A stretch of DNA of 64,000 nt from an uncultured Methanosarcinaceae archaeon (GCA_963733675.1 CAVTET010000004.1:416001-480000); one strand, 5' to 3'; shown: positions 1-11,093, counted from the stretch's first letter. The notes: a model not told the origin generated them from the letters alone. Translations and numbers: made by a program.

Positions 1-2
1 TA

Positions 3-683
3 ATGAAGTTGGAAGCAAAATACAATGCAAAATCCACCTTCTATTTTTTGGCCTTACATCCTGGAGAGAAGGACTTCAATTACAAAATTGAAGACCTTGA
101 AACCGAATTATCTTTTATATCTGACAATGGGTATGAAGTCGGCCTTCATGGAGGACATGAATCCTACAAGAATTTAAAAGATACAATTGGAAAAAAACAT
201 ATTCTTGAAAAGGTCCTTGGAAAACAGGTTGTAGGGTACAGAAATCATTATTTAAAGTTTAAAGTTCCTGATACATGGGAATTGTTGAGCAAAGCAGGCT
301 TCAAGTATGATACAACATTTGGGTACCCTGACTGTGCAGGCTTCAGGAATGGAGTATGCCACCCATTCAGGCCATTTAATCGAAATACAGAAGAACAAAT
401 AGACATCCTCGAAATACCTCTTATAATTATGGATCGAACTTTGCTACGAGATTATATGCGCCTTGATATCAAAAAGGCATGCGAACTCATAAAAAGACTT
501 GTCGATAAAGTAGAGCAGTATAATGGTGTGGTTACAGTCCTATGGCACAACAATACATTAATTGGGGAAGAGAATCTTAAGCATTATGAGAAATTCCTCA
601 AATACGTTTCCAGCAAAAAAGCATGGATTACAAGTGGAGAGGAAATATGTAACTGGTGGTCTACTAATGTTGAAAAAAAGTAA
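3..683 (+). CDS. Polysaccharide deacetylase family protein (CE4/NodB-like), probably 5'-truncated by the window edge
   Basis: Motifs STFYF, EVGLHG, GYRNHYL, FKYDTT, LEIPL..MD and LWHN. Confidence 0.85.
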   Translation: MKLEAKYNAKSTFYFLALHPGEKDFNYKIEDLETELSFISDNGYEVGLHGGHESYKNLKDTIGKKHILEKVLGKQVVGYRNHYLKFKVPDTWELLSKAGFKYDTTFGYPDCAGFRNGVCHPFRPFNRNTEEQIDILEIPLIIMDRTLLRDYMRLDIKKACELIKRLVDKVEQYNGVVTVLWHNNTLIGEENLKHYEKFLKYVSSKKAWITSGEEICNWWSTNVEKK

Positions 684-1108
684 TTAAAGCTCCCGAGATA
701 TTCTTTTTCTGCTATTTTCATTTTTAAATCATAACTTTTGATTTTGCTCCAAAGTATCCCCTGTCCCTGTAAATCACTTAATTTTTTCAAATAAATCTAC
801 CTGAGAAGCATAAAATGATGAGGTTGTTGTTTTGAATGTTCTGATCAGCTCATAATCTCTATCTGTGATGTTATGAAGTTTATATATAAAGTATGACGTA
901 CTATAATTTTCCCTAAATTTATCCTCTGCTTCTCCCTGTTTTTACTTAATTTTCTCGAGCTCTATCCCTTTTGTATTTCAAAGATCTGAATGAATAAAAG
1001 TATCATTCTGAATCATCACCTGTTTTATTTTCAAAAACGCAATCAAGCTAGCTTTATAACTGTCACCACATTTTTTCTTCTTTTCAGTTATCAACAATTC
1101 TTTTTCTG

Positions 1109-1312
1109 AACAACCAGACTGTGGTACTATCTAACATTTGCTCAGGAAAACCAGGAAATTTTTGAAAGAAATTTGATTTAATATATTGTTTCTCAAATTC
1201 AAAGTTTGAAAAATCATGCCATTGCTATAAAAAAAGCATTTTTAACATAACGATTATTTAAGCTTCAGATCTACCTAAGGGAGCTCTTTTGTTGAAATAT
1301 ATGAACTCAAAA
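1109..1312 (+). repeat. Dispersed ~200-bp repeat; inverted homolog at 30349-30549
   Basis: Colinear shared blocks such as TCAGGAAAACCA.GAAATTTT, TTTCTCAAATTCAAA and AGCTTCAGATCT.CCT. Confidence 0.7.
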
Positions 1313-1346
1313 ATGATACGAAAAGATTTCCAATCAATTAAGGAAC

Positions 1347-1653
1347 AGATTTCAGCAAATTTGTCTCCAACTGACTGAAGAAGCTTGCATTCATTTTTCA
1401 GAGCAAGATCATTAAAATTGTTCATTAATATAAATTATGTTTAAGAGATTACAACTTTTTAATACTTAAATACTTAGGAGGTTATCGAAATTCCCTAAGG
1501 ATTGAGGTTTCAGCAAATTTGCTTCCAACTGAATGAAGACGTTTTTATTCATCTTTAAAAGCAAAATAGTTAAGAGTTTTCATGAGTAAAAATTAATGTT
1601 GAGAGACTTAAACTCCAAATAGTCGAATGCATAGAAGTTTATTAAAATTCTCT
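1347..1653. repeat. Two diverged tandem ~150-bp units (1347-1496, 1504-1653), MITE-like, GAGGATTTC-type ends
   Basis: Both start ..TTTCAGCAAATTTG..TCCAACTGA.TGAAGA and end ..TTAT..AAATTC.CT. Confidence 0.65.
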
Positions 1654-1655
1654 AT

Positions 1656-1745
1656 AGAGGATTTTAATAAATTCCAATTTTGGGCTGGTTATATATAAAG
1701 AATGTTTCAGCAATTTTTGAAATCGGAGGTTTAGCAAAATTAGCT
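1656..1745. mobile_element. Degenerate ~90-bp MITE (AGAGGATTTCGATAAA family)
   Basis: AGAGGATTTTAATAAA ... GAAATCGGAGGTTTAGCAAAAT; same architecture as 56396-56485. Confidence 0.55.
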
Positions 1746-2161
1746 ATATTTTTCATAGAGTACTTAAGGTACAGGAAGTTGCGAAGACACTTTAAAATTC
1801 ATATCTTATGTTCCTTCTATGATGGTACTTTCCTTTATTCTCAGATCGGTTTGACCATCTAGATTTATTAGATATATCGCTACATTATGGATAGCATGTT
1901 TTGTACATAATGTTATCATGGGGAAATCTGCTAGATATGTACTCTTCCCACTAAATTTATATTGGCTATGATTGTAGCAGGCTGTCTTACCAAGCTTTGC
2001 TTACAAATTGCGATATCTCCTTCTGTTAGATAAATGATTATATTTTAAAATTCTCTAATTATTTAGACAATAGTTATCTTAACCTAAATATTTATATATC
2101 AGAAATTCCTTTAATTCATCTACATGGATGCAGAGCATCATACTAAAAATATATAAAAAAT

Positions 2162-2233
2162 GCCAAGATGGCGGAGTGGCTACGCAATCGCCTGCAGAGC
2201 GATTTTATTCCGGTTCGAATCCGGATCTTGGCT
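2162..2233 (+). tRNA. tRNA-Cys(GCA)
   Basis: Cloverleaf with GCCAAGA/TCTTGGC acceptor stem, anticodon arm ATCGC-CTGCAGA-GCGAT and GGTTCGAATCC T-arm; TATA-like TTTATATA upstream at 2091. Confidence 0.97.
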
Positions 2234-2318
2234 TTTCCGTTAGAGAATTAATTAATCTAATTTTAAATAAATTGGTGAATCAAATTTAAATATATCTTAA
2301 TAAGGCTTTCAATAAATC

Positions 2319-2392
2319 TACAAAATGGCTCAGTAATCTAGTAGTTGCATCTACAGAGCGATTGCATTTTTTTTCAAATTAGTACGTTGGCT
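2319..2392 (+). pseudogene. Decayed tandem copy of tRNA-Cys
   Basis: Colinear with 2162-2233 (CAA.ATGGC..AGT, CT.CAGAGCGATT, TTC.AAT, TTGGCT) but stems are broken. Confidence 0.7.
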
Positions 2393-3377
2393 TCTTAATC
2401 TTTTCCCCATAACTTTTTAATTAACTTGCTTTTTTCAGATTATCTTTTTTCTCAGTCCACTTGATCGCAGAGAATGATCTGCGTGCTCTGATATACATTT
2501 TTGAATGGTTTAGCCTTTGTGATATAATCCAGAACTCAGCTATTATACTGCAAATATTAATCATCAAGCATGGATATCGATGAACTCATGCGAAGACTCG
2601 CCAAACTCTTCCATTAATATTATATCAATTGTTTTGAGGATCCCTTTTTAGTACTTATTTCAATAATGATCTCCCAAAGGACCTTAAATGGTGTAACCTA
2701 TTCTCAAACATGGAAACTTTTCAGAAATTATCAACGTCAAAGGATATTGTGTAAGGAGATGTTGACGAGATTGGAATTTTTATATATAATTTTAACCTTT
2801 ACATAGTAAAACTAGGGTGAATAAAGGGAATTTCCAGAATTTTTTTGCAGAAATACAACAGCAAGGTTCCTGATAGATTAAATATATGCTTAAACTTCAG
2901 GGAAGCAGTCAGGATGTAGTTAAATATATGCGTTTAGCCATATTTTTTTCTTAGAGATGCCTTTGTAGTAGCAGTTCATGCTCAATGGATTTCCAACGGG
3001 CTCGGTCCGGTAGAAACAAAGGTTCCTTAGAAAACTGAAACCGAACAAAAGATATATACCCCAAAAATACTTGGGAAATAAAGATCTCTTGCCTGTAAAA
3101 TTAGGGCAAAATATCTGCTGGCCCATTATTCCCAGGTTCTGAGCCTGCTTCCAGAATGACAAATATACTAAAATTCCTGTTTGAGAAGAAATTTGGGTAA
3201 TCTCGGTAATTTCGGAATCGAAGTCTAGGGCTTATTATACATGGATCAAGAATATTTCATAAAGGAATTAAGGGAGACCTTCAAGGCACAATATTTCCGA
3301 ATCTCGTCAGTTCCTAACCTATTTCTACAAATCAAAGCAAATTTAAAAAAATTATTAAAAATAATGGAATCCTTGAT

Positions 3378-3720
3378 TATTCCGGTCAAATATTCAGAAG
3401 CTTGCTGCGGATCTGGAAAATTCCCAGAAAACTGCCATTAAAGAAATGATTTATATTTTAAGCAACTTTTGAGCTATGAAATAGAACTACGTTATGAAAT
3501 CGTTTTATCGATAAAATAAGGTATAAAATTGATTTTTTTGCATGAAGATCAAAAAATTTCATTTAGACAATGCTAACATCCACTATTTGAAGCATATGTG
3601 CTTTGAAATTGTTAAAAGATGCTATTTTGAGTTTGATTCAATCAATAATGATTGCAATTATGTACATCTTTTCATTGGTCGTTAACCAAAATATTCTCCT
3701 TCAAGAATAATGCAGATCAT
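3378..3720 (+). mobile_element. IS200/IS605 tnpA remnant with left end
   Basis: Broken translation ..YLKHMCFEIVKRCYFEFD..YVHLFIG.*PKYSPSRIMQII; end sequence resembles 36490-36540 inverted. Confidence 0.75.
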
Positions 3721-3812
3721 AGAGGATTTAGAGAAATTTCTGATTTTCACGAGTCATATTACATACTATTTACAAGAATATGACGAAATTAAGGAGTTTA
3801 GAGAAATCCTCT
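3721..3812. mobile_element. ~90-bp MITE abutting and truncating the IS200 remnant
   Basis: TIRs AGAGGATTTAGAGAAA ... TTTAGAGAAATCCTCT. Confidence 0.75.
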
Positions 3813-4461
3813 GTGGAATTGCAGAATACATAACTACAACCTGAAATTTTAGTACCATAGTATAAATCTATGAATGCTTTTGATGCTTACTTTACTATCT
3901 TACCAGAATAAATTCAAACAAATGTATAAGATTTCAATTATTGGAGCATATGTATACTAATATTACTATAATCCACTGAAAAAAATCGGTGCTTTAGAAA
4001 TTTGGCTTGGCCATGAGTTACTGAAAATTTTAAGCAAAGAACTATTTACATTTTCCTCAAAAGCAAGAAATGTTTCCTTCTTAGTAGAATAATCCACAAC
4101 TCATGAAAACTAACCAAAGATGGTAATGTGGGAATTCTCAAATGGTCTGCATATGGGTGAAAATAGTTTTGTGAAGCATGCAAAAATAAGTTCAACTTGA
4201 CAGTGTCAAGTTAAGATTGAGACTTATTACATATCCTCCTGTATCGCAAAAACTCATCATTATTTCCAGGATTCTGCGATTGCAATAATCCAAGACTCAA
4301 GAAATTATAAAAAGCTCTTGTGAGCATGTTAAGATCGGAAGAAATATATTTTGCTGGAACTTGTAAGAAACATTATTTGCTTTATTTGGTCTAAGGAATA
4401 TAAAAAAAGCAATCGCTTTTTCTTTAACTCTCAAGTCAGGTTAATACTGGATTGTGCTTTC

Positions 4462-5499
4462 ATGAAAAAATATACCAAATGGTTAACAAGATCAATTTTG
4501 ATTAGTATATTTTCTATAGCAGTCGTTCTAATCTTCACTCTGGATACGAATACAATTAAAGTTGTGAGGGAGATTCGACCTGGATATATATTAGCTGCGC
4601 TTGTGATTCACTTATTTTCCTTCGTTGTCTGGGGTTTACGCATAAAATCAATGACTTCTGCACTCGGACATAAAGTAGGACTCATCAGATCTTTTGAAAT
4701 TGTAGTTTCAGGAACCTTCGTAGCAGCTCTGACTCCTTCTTCTATAGGCGGGGAACCTTTAAGGATTCACCTACTCAGGCAAGATCATGTACCAATTGGA
4801 AAGGCAACTGCAGTTATTTTGGGTGAACGCATACTTGATGCTATATTAATGTTGTTGGTTGCGCCTTTTTCTATATACCTATTCAATGGTATATTGTCAG
4901 ATCCACGCATGAATGTAGTTGTAGTATTAGGTGGACTTATTTCAATAATTAGTCTTATCATAATGTTTTATGCGTTACTAAGACCTCGTTATGTTAAATT
5001 TGCCATAAACAATCTTGTAGCGTGGATTATTAAGCGTTTTAGTGGTAAAAAAATCGGGGGACAACTATATAGATTCTCTAAGTCAATTGATAAGGAAATT
5101 GATGAATTTCACGAAAGTATATACATTTTCTGTACAGAAGGACGTGTAGGTTTATTCTATGGAATAATATATACAATTATATATTGGATAGTTGATTTTT
5201 CTTCTCTCCCAATAATTCTTCTTGGCCTAAACCAGCCTCCTTCCATACTACTTTGTATTGCAGCGCAGGTATTGCTCCTTATAATTATAATTGTACCTTT
5301 GACTCCGGGTTCAAGTGGAGTAGCGGAATTTGCCGCAATTTCTATATTTTCAGCCTTTATGCCAGTAAGTATTCTCGGAATTGCAGTGGCAGCATGGAGA
5401 GCTTTTACTTATTATACAAATATTTTAGTAGGAGGATTCGTGAGTTTTAAGTTACTGAAAAATACGGAGCTTGTACATAAGTATTTAAAGCGATCTTGA
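4462..5499 (+). CDS. Flippase-like / lysylphosphatidylglycerol synthase TM domain membrane protein (UPF0104)
   Basis: Multi-TM ORF with TPSSIGGEP and PLTPGSSGVAE motifs and WR..TYY; ATG at 4462 preferred over upstream TTG. Confidence 0.85.
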   Translation: MKKYTKWLTRSILISIFSIAVVLIFTLDTNTIKVVREIRPGYILAALVIHLFSFVVWGLRIKSMTSALGHKVGLIRSFEIVVSGTFVAALTPSSIGGEPLRIHLLRQDHVPIGKATAVILGERILDAILMLLVAPFSIYLFNGILSDPRMNVVVVLGGLISIISLIIMFYALLRPRYVKFAINNLVAWIIKRFSGKKIGGQLYRFSKSIDKEIDEFHESIYIFCTEGRVGLFYGIIYTIIYWIVDFSSLPIILLGLNQPPSILLCIAAQVLLLIIIIVPLTPGSSGVAEFAAISIFSAFMPVSILGIAVAAWRAFTYYTNILVGGFVSFKLLKNTELVHKYLKRS

Positions 5500-6019
5500 G
5501 CAATCCTTAAATGATCTTTAAAGGATGACATCAGTGGTTTGAAGGAAGAAGAGATTCTCATATTAGTTACAGTTCTTATGCATAGATACTGCTATTTTTA
5601 TGTAATACCTATACAGTTTCTAGTAAAAGGTGGAGTATTTGGCTGAAATGAATATTTGTCCCAGTGTGCCGATCTATAAAAAATATAATAAATTTTATAA
5701 TTTTAATCCAGAAAAGCGATCTTTTTTTGGGATACACAAATGGTTCAGACCAAATCTATAATTTACTTCCAATAACCTGAGACAAATGATTTTCCGCTTT
5801 TAATGATTATTATGACTACAATGATACCTTCCGCGTTTTTAGTTGCGCTAATAGTTATAGTTATCTTTAGTTTTGATTTGAGACATTTGTTCATATTTTC
5901 TAGAATCACAACAATTCATCACTGTTTCCGTTTTCTGCAACTGAAATAAATGAAAAATCCTAAAAATAATAAATCATATTTAATTTTAAAAAGGGATTTT
6001 TCTTGAGGAAGCCCTTTAC

Positions 6020-6340
6020 ATTGACGATATTGCAATTCATTTAGAATGTACTTATTATAGCAACAAGATGTGGCACTTTAAGTAAGTATTCTTGTATGAT
6101 AATACTATTTGTTATGAAATGATTCAGAAAAGTTTAGTTTGATAAAACCATTTCTTCCTTAACAGAGGAAAAATCTATTCTACGACTTTTTTGATGAAAA
6201 TGGCCAGATAAAACTTTCTCAGTTGGAAATCTTCATCATTTTGTGAAAAACAGGCTCTAAGAAAAAGGAAATAAATTATATGATTACGAAATAAGATAAT
6301 TAGCTCAAAAAAGCTCCAAGGGAACAAGTTTTTTCCGTAA
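6020..6340 (+). mobile_element. Decayed transposase fragment, ISNCY-like (Methanosarcina type); homologous to 62740-63600
   Basis: DNA similarity to 62740-62930; residual peptides YYSNKMWHFK, KTISSLTEE and LHHFVK.RL. Confidence 0.65.
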
Positions 6341-6364
6341 CTAAAAAGATTCAAACCAAGAAAA

Positions 6365-6603
6365 GTTCTTGCTATTATTGTTCAAATAATGAATTTGAAG
6401 ATGTTGTGTACGCTTTTTGTATAATCTCCATCGTTGATTACATTTAAAATAAAAGAGTATTATTAAGTATAGTGGAAGATATCTTTAAAATCAAAGAATA
6501 ATGAACAAGAAAAGAAAAAATAGGATTAAATACAGAAATTAGCGAGGAAGATTTGGACAGAATTCCTGCGAAGGAAAAAACCAAAGGTAAATCCGAATCC
6601 TCT
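6365..6603. repeat. 239-bp dispersed repeat ending in the AATCCTCT TIR; copies at 30950-31188 and partially inverted at ~15530-15656
   Basis: Shared AAATAC..AAATTAG.GAG.AAGATTTGGACA.AATTCC.GCGAAG ... GGTAAATC.GAATCCTCT; the two full copies have equal length. Confidence 0.75.
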
Positions 6604-7234
6604 ATATGACGCCTTCTAAGCAGAGTCCTCATCCTATTTAACCAGAATCAAGGGAAAACTTTAAGCTTCAAAAATAAGAAGGTAGTATAATATATCATAA
6701 ATATATCATAAGATCTGAGTGCTGAAAATAGTGATTATGAGGCTCGAAAAGTAACATGTATGCATATAGTACAACTCCCACTAAGGCTTTGCAATGTATT
6801 GTATTAAACAAGTAGATCAATATAACAGGTTGTGAGAAAAAAACTACGTTAATTTTTTTGTAAAATTACAAATCTCAATAAATTATCGCGCAGAAAATTT
6901 ATTATCAAAGGAATCAAATTTTATAAAGTATGCAAAAATTTGATCCCAAATTTACAGTAAATTCGAGGTACTGTAAATAAATGCATTAATGAATGCATTA
7001 TTTTTCCGAAAAGAAACGTTTTAAATTTTTATAAGTTAGTTTATTCTATATTTTTTAATTAAGAAATAACTTAAATAATGCTTTTAACCATTGAGAGTAT
7101 TCACAATCCACTGGAAAAACAGCAAACTGAAACCTTAGTCTTTTGTTGTAATTAATGGAAAAAAACTTTATGGCCTTTAAACTCGTGGAAGCATTTTCCA
7201 CGGTGTATCTCATAAATAAGATAAAAACAAGAGG

Positions 7235-8140
7235 ATGATATTCATGGATTTTGAAAAATTAAGACATGGGACAGAACTTATCAAGCGGGGCTTTGCAAGG
7301 ATGCAGAAAGGGGGTGTGATCATGGATGTAACAACCCTTGAACAAGCCAAAATCGCAGAAGAAGCTGGGGCAGTTGCTGTTATGGCCCTTCAGGCTGTTC
7401 CTGCGGATATCAGGAAAGCTGGCGGAGTCGCCCGAATGGCAAATCCTGAGATAATTCAACAAATCATTGATACTGTTACCATCCCTGTAATGGCAAAAGC
7501 CAGAATAGGTCATTTTGTAGAAGCTGAAATCCTGGAGGCACTTGGTGTTGACATGGTAGACGAATCCGAAGTACTAACCCCAGCAGATACCTCCTTCCAT
7601 ATAGACAAGACACAGTTTACAGTGCCTTTTGTCTGCGGAGCTAGAAACCTCGGGGAAGCCCTCCGAAGAATTAATGAAGGTGCAGCCATGATCCGGACCA
7701 AGGGAGAAGCCGGAACAGGTGATGTCAGTCAAGCAGTGAAGCACATGAAACAGATAATGGGCGAAATCCGTGCACTTTCTGGTAAAACAAGGGAAGAATT
7801 GATTTTGGTTGCCAGGGAGATTGAGGCTCCGATAGAACTCGTGATCGAAACCGCAAAAATGCAGCGCTTGTCTGTGGTTAATTTTGCAGCTGGTGGAATT
7901 GCAACCCCTGCAGATGCAGCTCTTATGATGTGCCTTGGAGCTGATGGAGTCTTTGTGGGTTCAGGCATTTTCAAAGCCGAAAATCCTGAAAAGATGGCAA
8001 AAGCAATTGTTGAAGGCGTAAATAACTATGATAACCCTACAAAACTTGCTGAGATATCAAAAGGTATTGGTTCCGGAATGAAGGGCATCAGCGCTGATAT
8101 GATCCCCATAGAAGAAGCTCTTCAGGAACGAGGTTGGTGA
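7235..8140 (+). CDS. pdxS: Pyridoxal 5'-phosphate synthase lyase subunit
   Basis: [45 protein letters not shown] and C-terminal ERGW. Confidence 0.98.
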   Translation: MIFMDFEKLRHGTELIKRGFARMQKGGVIMDVTTLEQAKIAEEAGAVAVMALQAVPADIRKAGGVARMANPEIIQQIIDTVTIPVMAKARIGHFVEAEILEALGVDMVDESEVLTPADTSFHIDKTQFTVPFVCGARNLGEALRRINEGAAMIRTKGEAGTGDVSQAVKHMKQIMGEIRALSGKTREELILVAREIEAPIELVIETAKMQRLSVVNFAAGGIATPADAALMMCLGADGVFVGSGIFKAENPEKMAKAIVEGVNNYDNPTKLAEISKGIGSGMKGISADMIPIEEALQERGW

Positions 8141-8509
8141 AAATTTTGAATTGCTTTTCGATAGGTACTTTTTCCCTTTTCGTTTCACTCAAAAGGACTA
8201 AAAATTTAAATCTATGCAAATACATCTTTCTTACAAGCCTGTGAGAATAAATTGATTTGACTTTTTAAATATCTACTCCATCAAAAATCGTTTGGAAAAA
8301 TCGATTTTGGTGCAATAGATACTCCTGAGTTTCAACTGATTGAAAAATGCGAAATATAATCAATAGCCTAAAGTTAAATAAAATCAGCCCACCGAAATTT
8401 GCTCATTGAATCGTAGTGAATATAGTTAATTATATTGTTTTTCCCGGATTAACTGTACTTAATTTTTCAGAATTTTAAATCCAACAAATAAAAAGTTAAT
8501 TTTTAGAAA

Positions 8510-9145
8510 ATGGTGCTTCTCATGAAGATAGGTGTAATCGCTATCCAAGGAGCGGTTTCTGAGCATATTGATGCTTTAAAGAGAGCCCTTGTGCAAAGAG
8601 GGAGAGCTGCAGAGATAATTAAAATAAAGCATAAGGGTATTGTCCCTGAATGTAATGGGATTGTGATTCCCGGTGGGGAGAGTACAACTCTTTGTAGGCT
8701 ACTGGCCCGCGAGGGAATTGCTGAAGAGATAAAGGACGTGGCTGCGAGGGGAGTTCCAGTTCTTGGTACCTGTGCAGGGTTGATTCTGCTCGCAAAAGAA
8801 GGAGACGAACAGGTGGAAAAGACTAGCCAGGAATTGCTCGGGATTATGGATATTAAAGTCAACCGGAATGCTTTTGGGAGGCAGAGGGATTCTTTTGAAA
8901 CGGAACTTAAAGTTGAAATTCTCGATTCTCCTTTTAAAGGCGTATTTATCAGAGCTCCTGGAATAGTTAACTGTGGGCCTGGAGTAAGTGTGTTTTCACA
9001 TCTCGACGATCTGATAATTATGGCAGAACAGAAAAATGTATTGGCTCTTGCATTTCATCCGGAATTAACCGATGACCTACGAATCCATCAGTATTTCCTG
9101 GATAAAATATTCAACTGCTGGTATTCGTATAGGCTTCAGAATTAA
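8510..9145 (+). CDS. pdxT: Pyridoxal 5'-phosphate synthase glutaminase subunit
   Basis: IPGGEST, GTCAG, RNAFGRQRDSFE, FIRAP and FHPEL. Confidence 0.97.
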   Translation: MVLLMKIGVIAIQGAVSEHIDALKRALVQRGRAAEIIKIKHKGIVPECNGIVIPGGESTTLCRLLAREGIAEEIKDVAARGVPVLGTCAGLILLAKEGDEQVEKTSQELLGIMDIKVNRNAFGRQRDSFETELKVEILDSPFKGVFIRAPGIVNCGPGVSVFSHLDDLIIMAEQKNVLALAFHPELTDDLRIHQYFLDKIFNCWYSYRLQN

Positions 9146-9630
9146 TTATTCAATACCCTGTAGAATGCTGCGTAGATAGGAACTCCCCCTAAAAATTTTG
9201 TTAACCAACTGATATATATTTTAAGCTACCTTTGCACTTAATGGAATTGCTTCATGCAAAACTATTGTGTATATAAAATTATAAGGATTTCAATAAAATT
9301 TTTAGTTATCCCATATGCTTATAAATGTTGTATCTATGATCCATAGAAATCAGAGGTTATCTAAATTCCCCAAAATATTTGATTTTGAATAATTCCTTTA
9401 TATCCAGAGCTTTGGTGTGAACATAACCAATCGCCTGCAAAGGGGTGAGAAACTGAAAGTTTGATTTTTTCCCTCCAGTTATTAATCAGAAGTATCTATT
9501 AAATTAAAATAGAGATTTTCCAATGAATAGTACTGGATGAATAAAGGGTACGAAATAAACAAATAAACAACATAAAAAAAATGTTGTTGAATAAAAGCTG
9601 AAGATTGAGGGACAAGAAAGTGATTCTTAT

Positions 9631-10368
9631 TCATGAACATGTCCAGGTCACATAAGCTTCAATTATTTCCTGCCCTTCGAGGAATATAAGTCCATTATCT
9701 TTGCCATATTCTTTTGCCTTTTCTTTGGAAAGGGCCTTACCATTGTTGTCATCCAGCATCTCGCAAACCACCATTGCGGGAGTAATTCCAGCCATACGAG
9801 CAAGAGCGATTGAAAGTTCGGTTTGCCCGTTACGTTCATTCAAGAGTCCCTCAGCAGCTTTCAGAAGTGCTACATGCCCTGGGGTTCTGAAATAGTCCCC
9901 AAAATGAGTCCGGTCTCCAGAAACGTTTTTTTCTGTAATTTCTCCGATTTTTCGGATCGTAAGAGCCCTTTCATCATCAGGAATCCCAGTTCTGGTATCT
10001 CTATGGTTGACCCAGAGAGAAAAAGAAGAACGAGAATCATAATCAAGGTCTCCTTTTTTTTCCACAACTTTTCCAAGAAAATCACTGGTTTTGCTGGCTT
10101 CGCTAATGAGGTCCGCCATGAACGGTAATTTTAACTGTTTTGCAACCAAAGGATCTATTGCAACACAGATAAGGCCACCAGCATCTTTTCGCATCCATTT
10201 CACGTCTTTGTAGGTTACCACTTTTGCAGGAATTACTAGATCTGTTTCGCCTTCCCTTGAGTCCGAATCATAAATCTGGATCATTTCCCCGGCACGTAGG
10301 GCATTTAGGGCCTTATTGATATTCTGATTTTTGTATTTAAGGCACTCATATACCATGTTTTCGCTCAT
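9631..10368 (-). CDS. ribB: 3,4-dihydroxy-2-butanone-4-phosphate synthase
   Basis: DSDSREGETDL, GGLICVA, TGIPD..RA, FRTPGHV, GQTE and CEML. Confidence 0.96.
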   Translation of the reverse strand: MSENMVYECLKYKNQNINKALNALRAGEMIQIYDSDSREGETDLVIPAKVVTYKDVKWMRKDAGGLICVAIDPLVAKQLKLPFMADLISEASKTSDFLGKVVEKKGDLDYDSRSSFSLWVNHRDTRTGIPDDERALTIRKIGEITEKNVSGDRTHFGDYFRTPGHVALLKAAEGLLNERNGQTELSIALARMAGITPAMVVCEMLDDNNGKALSKEKAKEYGKDNGLIFLEGQEIIEAYVTWTCS

Positions 10369-11042
10369 ATTTTGCTCTCCATACCCTCTTTTTTAATCTG
10401 TATCACAACGCTGTCTCCGTCTTTCAAGCTAAGAGTATCTCGTAATTTCACCGGTGCAATGATCTCAATCAAATCTGAAGGGTAATGTGTTCTTTCAGGA
10501 GCTACAACAGCAGCCTCGATACCCCTTACACTAACCGGATAACATCTTCCACCCCCAAAAGTGCGTTTTCCATCATGGAAGCCTTCTATCTGGACAGCCG
10601 GCAGTTCAAGTAATCGATTTAGCACAGTCAAACTATTTCCGGAAATTTTTATATTAAGAGTTCCAGGAAAAGGTGAGAAACACAATTTTTCTTCAAATTG
10701 CTTTCTGTATCCAGGTATATTTACATAATACTGGCCCTCGCCGAGTCCTGTGAGAATGTTTCCCTCAAGCTCCAAGCTATCGGATTCTGGAGAAAAGATA
10801 CTGTTGTACTCCCGACATTCATTCTTAAGAATTTCAATTCCTTTTCCTGTCAGCTTTATTAACTGGCCACCAGGAACGATCTTCCTCTCGATCAGCCCTT
10901 CTTCTTCCAACTGCTTTAGTTTTCTTGCTGCAGTTTTGGAACTTGCTACAGTGTGCTTTTGAAACTCACTCGAAGATACTTTAATTGTTTTATTTACTGC
11001 TCCTATAAGGGCAAGTTTTTTCAGATATTCGATATCATGCAC
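10365..11042 (-). CDS. ribK: CTP-dependent riboflavin kinase with N-terminal wHTH (RbkR-type)
   Basis: wHTH (SSKTAARKLKQLE) plus GLGEGQYY, PFPGTLN, PERTHY, EIIAP.KLR; likely GTG start at 11042; overlaps ribB start by 4 nt. Confidence 0.93.
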   Translation of the reverse strand: MHDIEYLKKLALIGAVNKTIKVSSSEFQKHTVASSKTAARKLKQLEEEGLIERKIVPGGQLIKLTGKGIEILKNECREYNSIFSPESDSLELEGNILTGLGEGQYYVNIPGYRKQFEEKLCFSPFPGTLNIKISGNSLTVLNRLLELPAVQIEGFHDGKRTFGGGRCYPVSVRGIEAAVVAPERTHYPSDLIEIIAPVKLRDTLSLKDGDSVVIQIKKEGMESKI

Positions 11043-11067
11043 TATCAGCACCCTACTAGTCTTAATT

Positions 11068-11093
11068 TTGAGATGCATCTCAATATTGAGATG
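11068..11093. promoter_or_regulatory. Two overlapping perfect palindromes upstream of ribK-ribB (candidate autoregulatory operator)
   Basis: TTGAGATGCATCTCAA (11068-11083) and CATCTCAATATTGAGATG (11076-11093). Confidence 0.65.

Noticed and set aside
2400-3370. Gene-like debris downstream of tRNA-Cys (also 5520-5760, 24745-25140, 40970-41220)
   Set aside because: Probably old pseudogenes, but no motif I could identify.
9429-9439. AATCGCCTGCA identical to part of the tRNA-Cys anticodon arm (possible att site)
   Set aside because: Only 11 bp, not the tRNA 3' end, and no integrase in the window.
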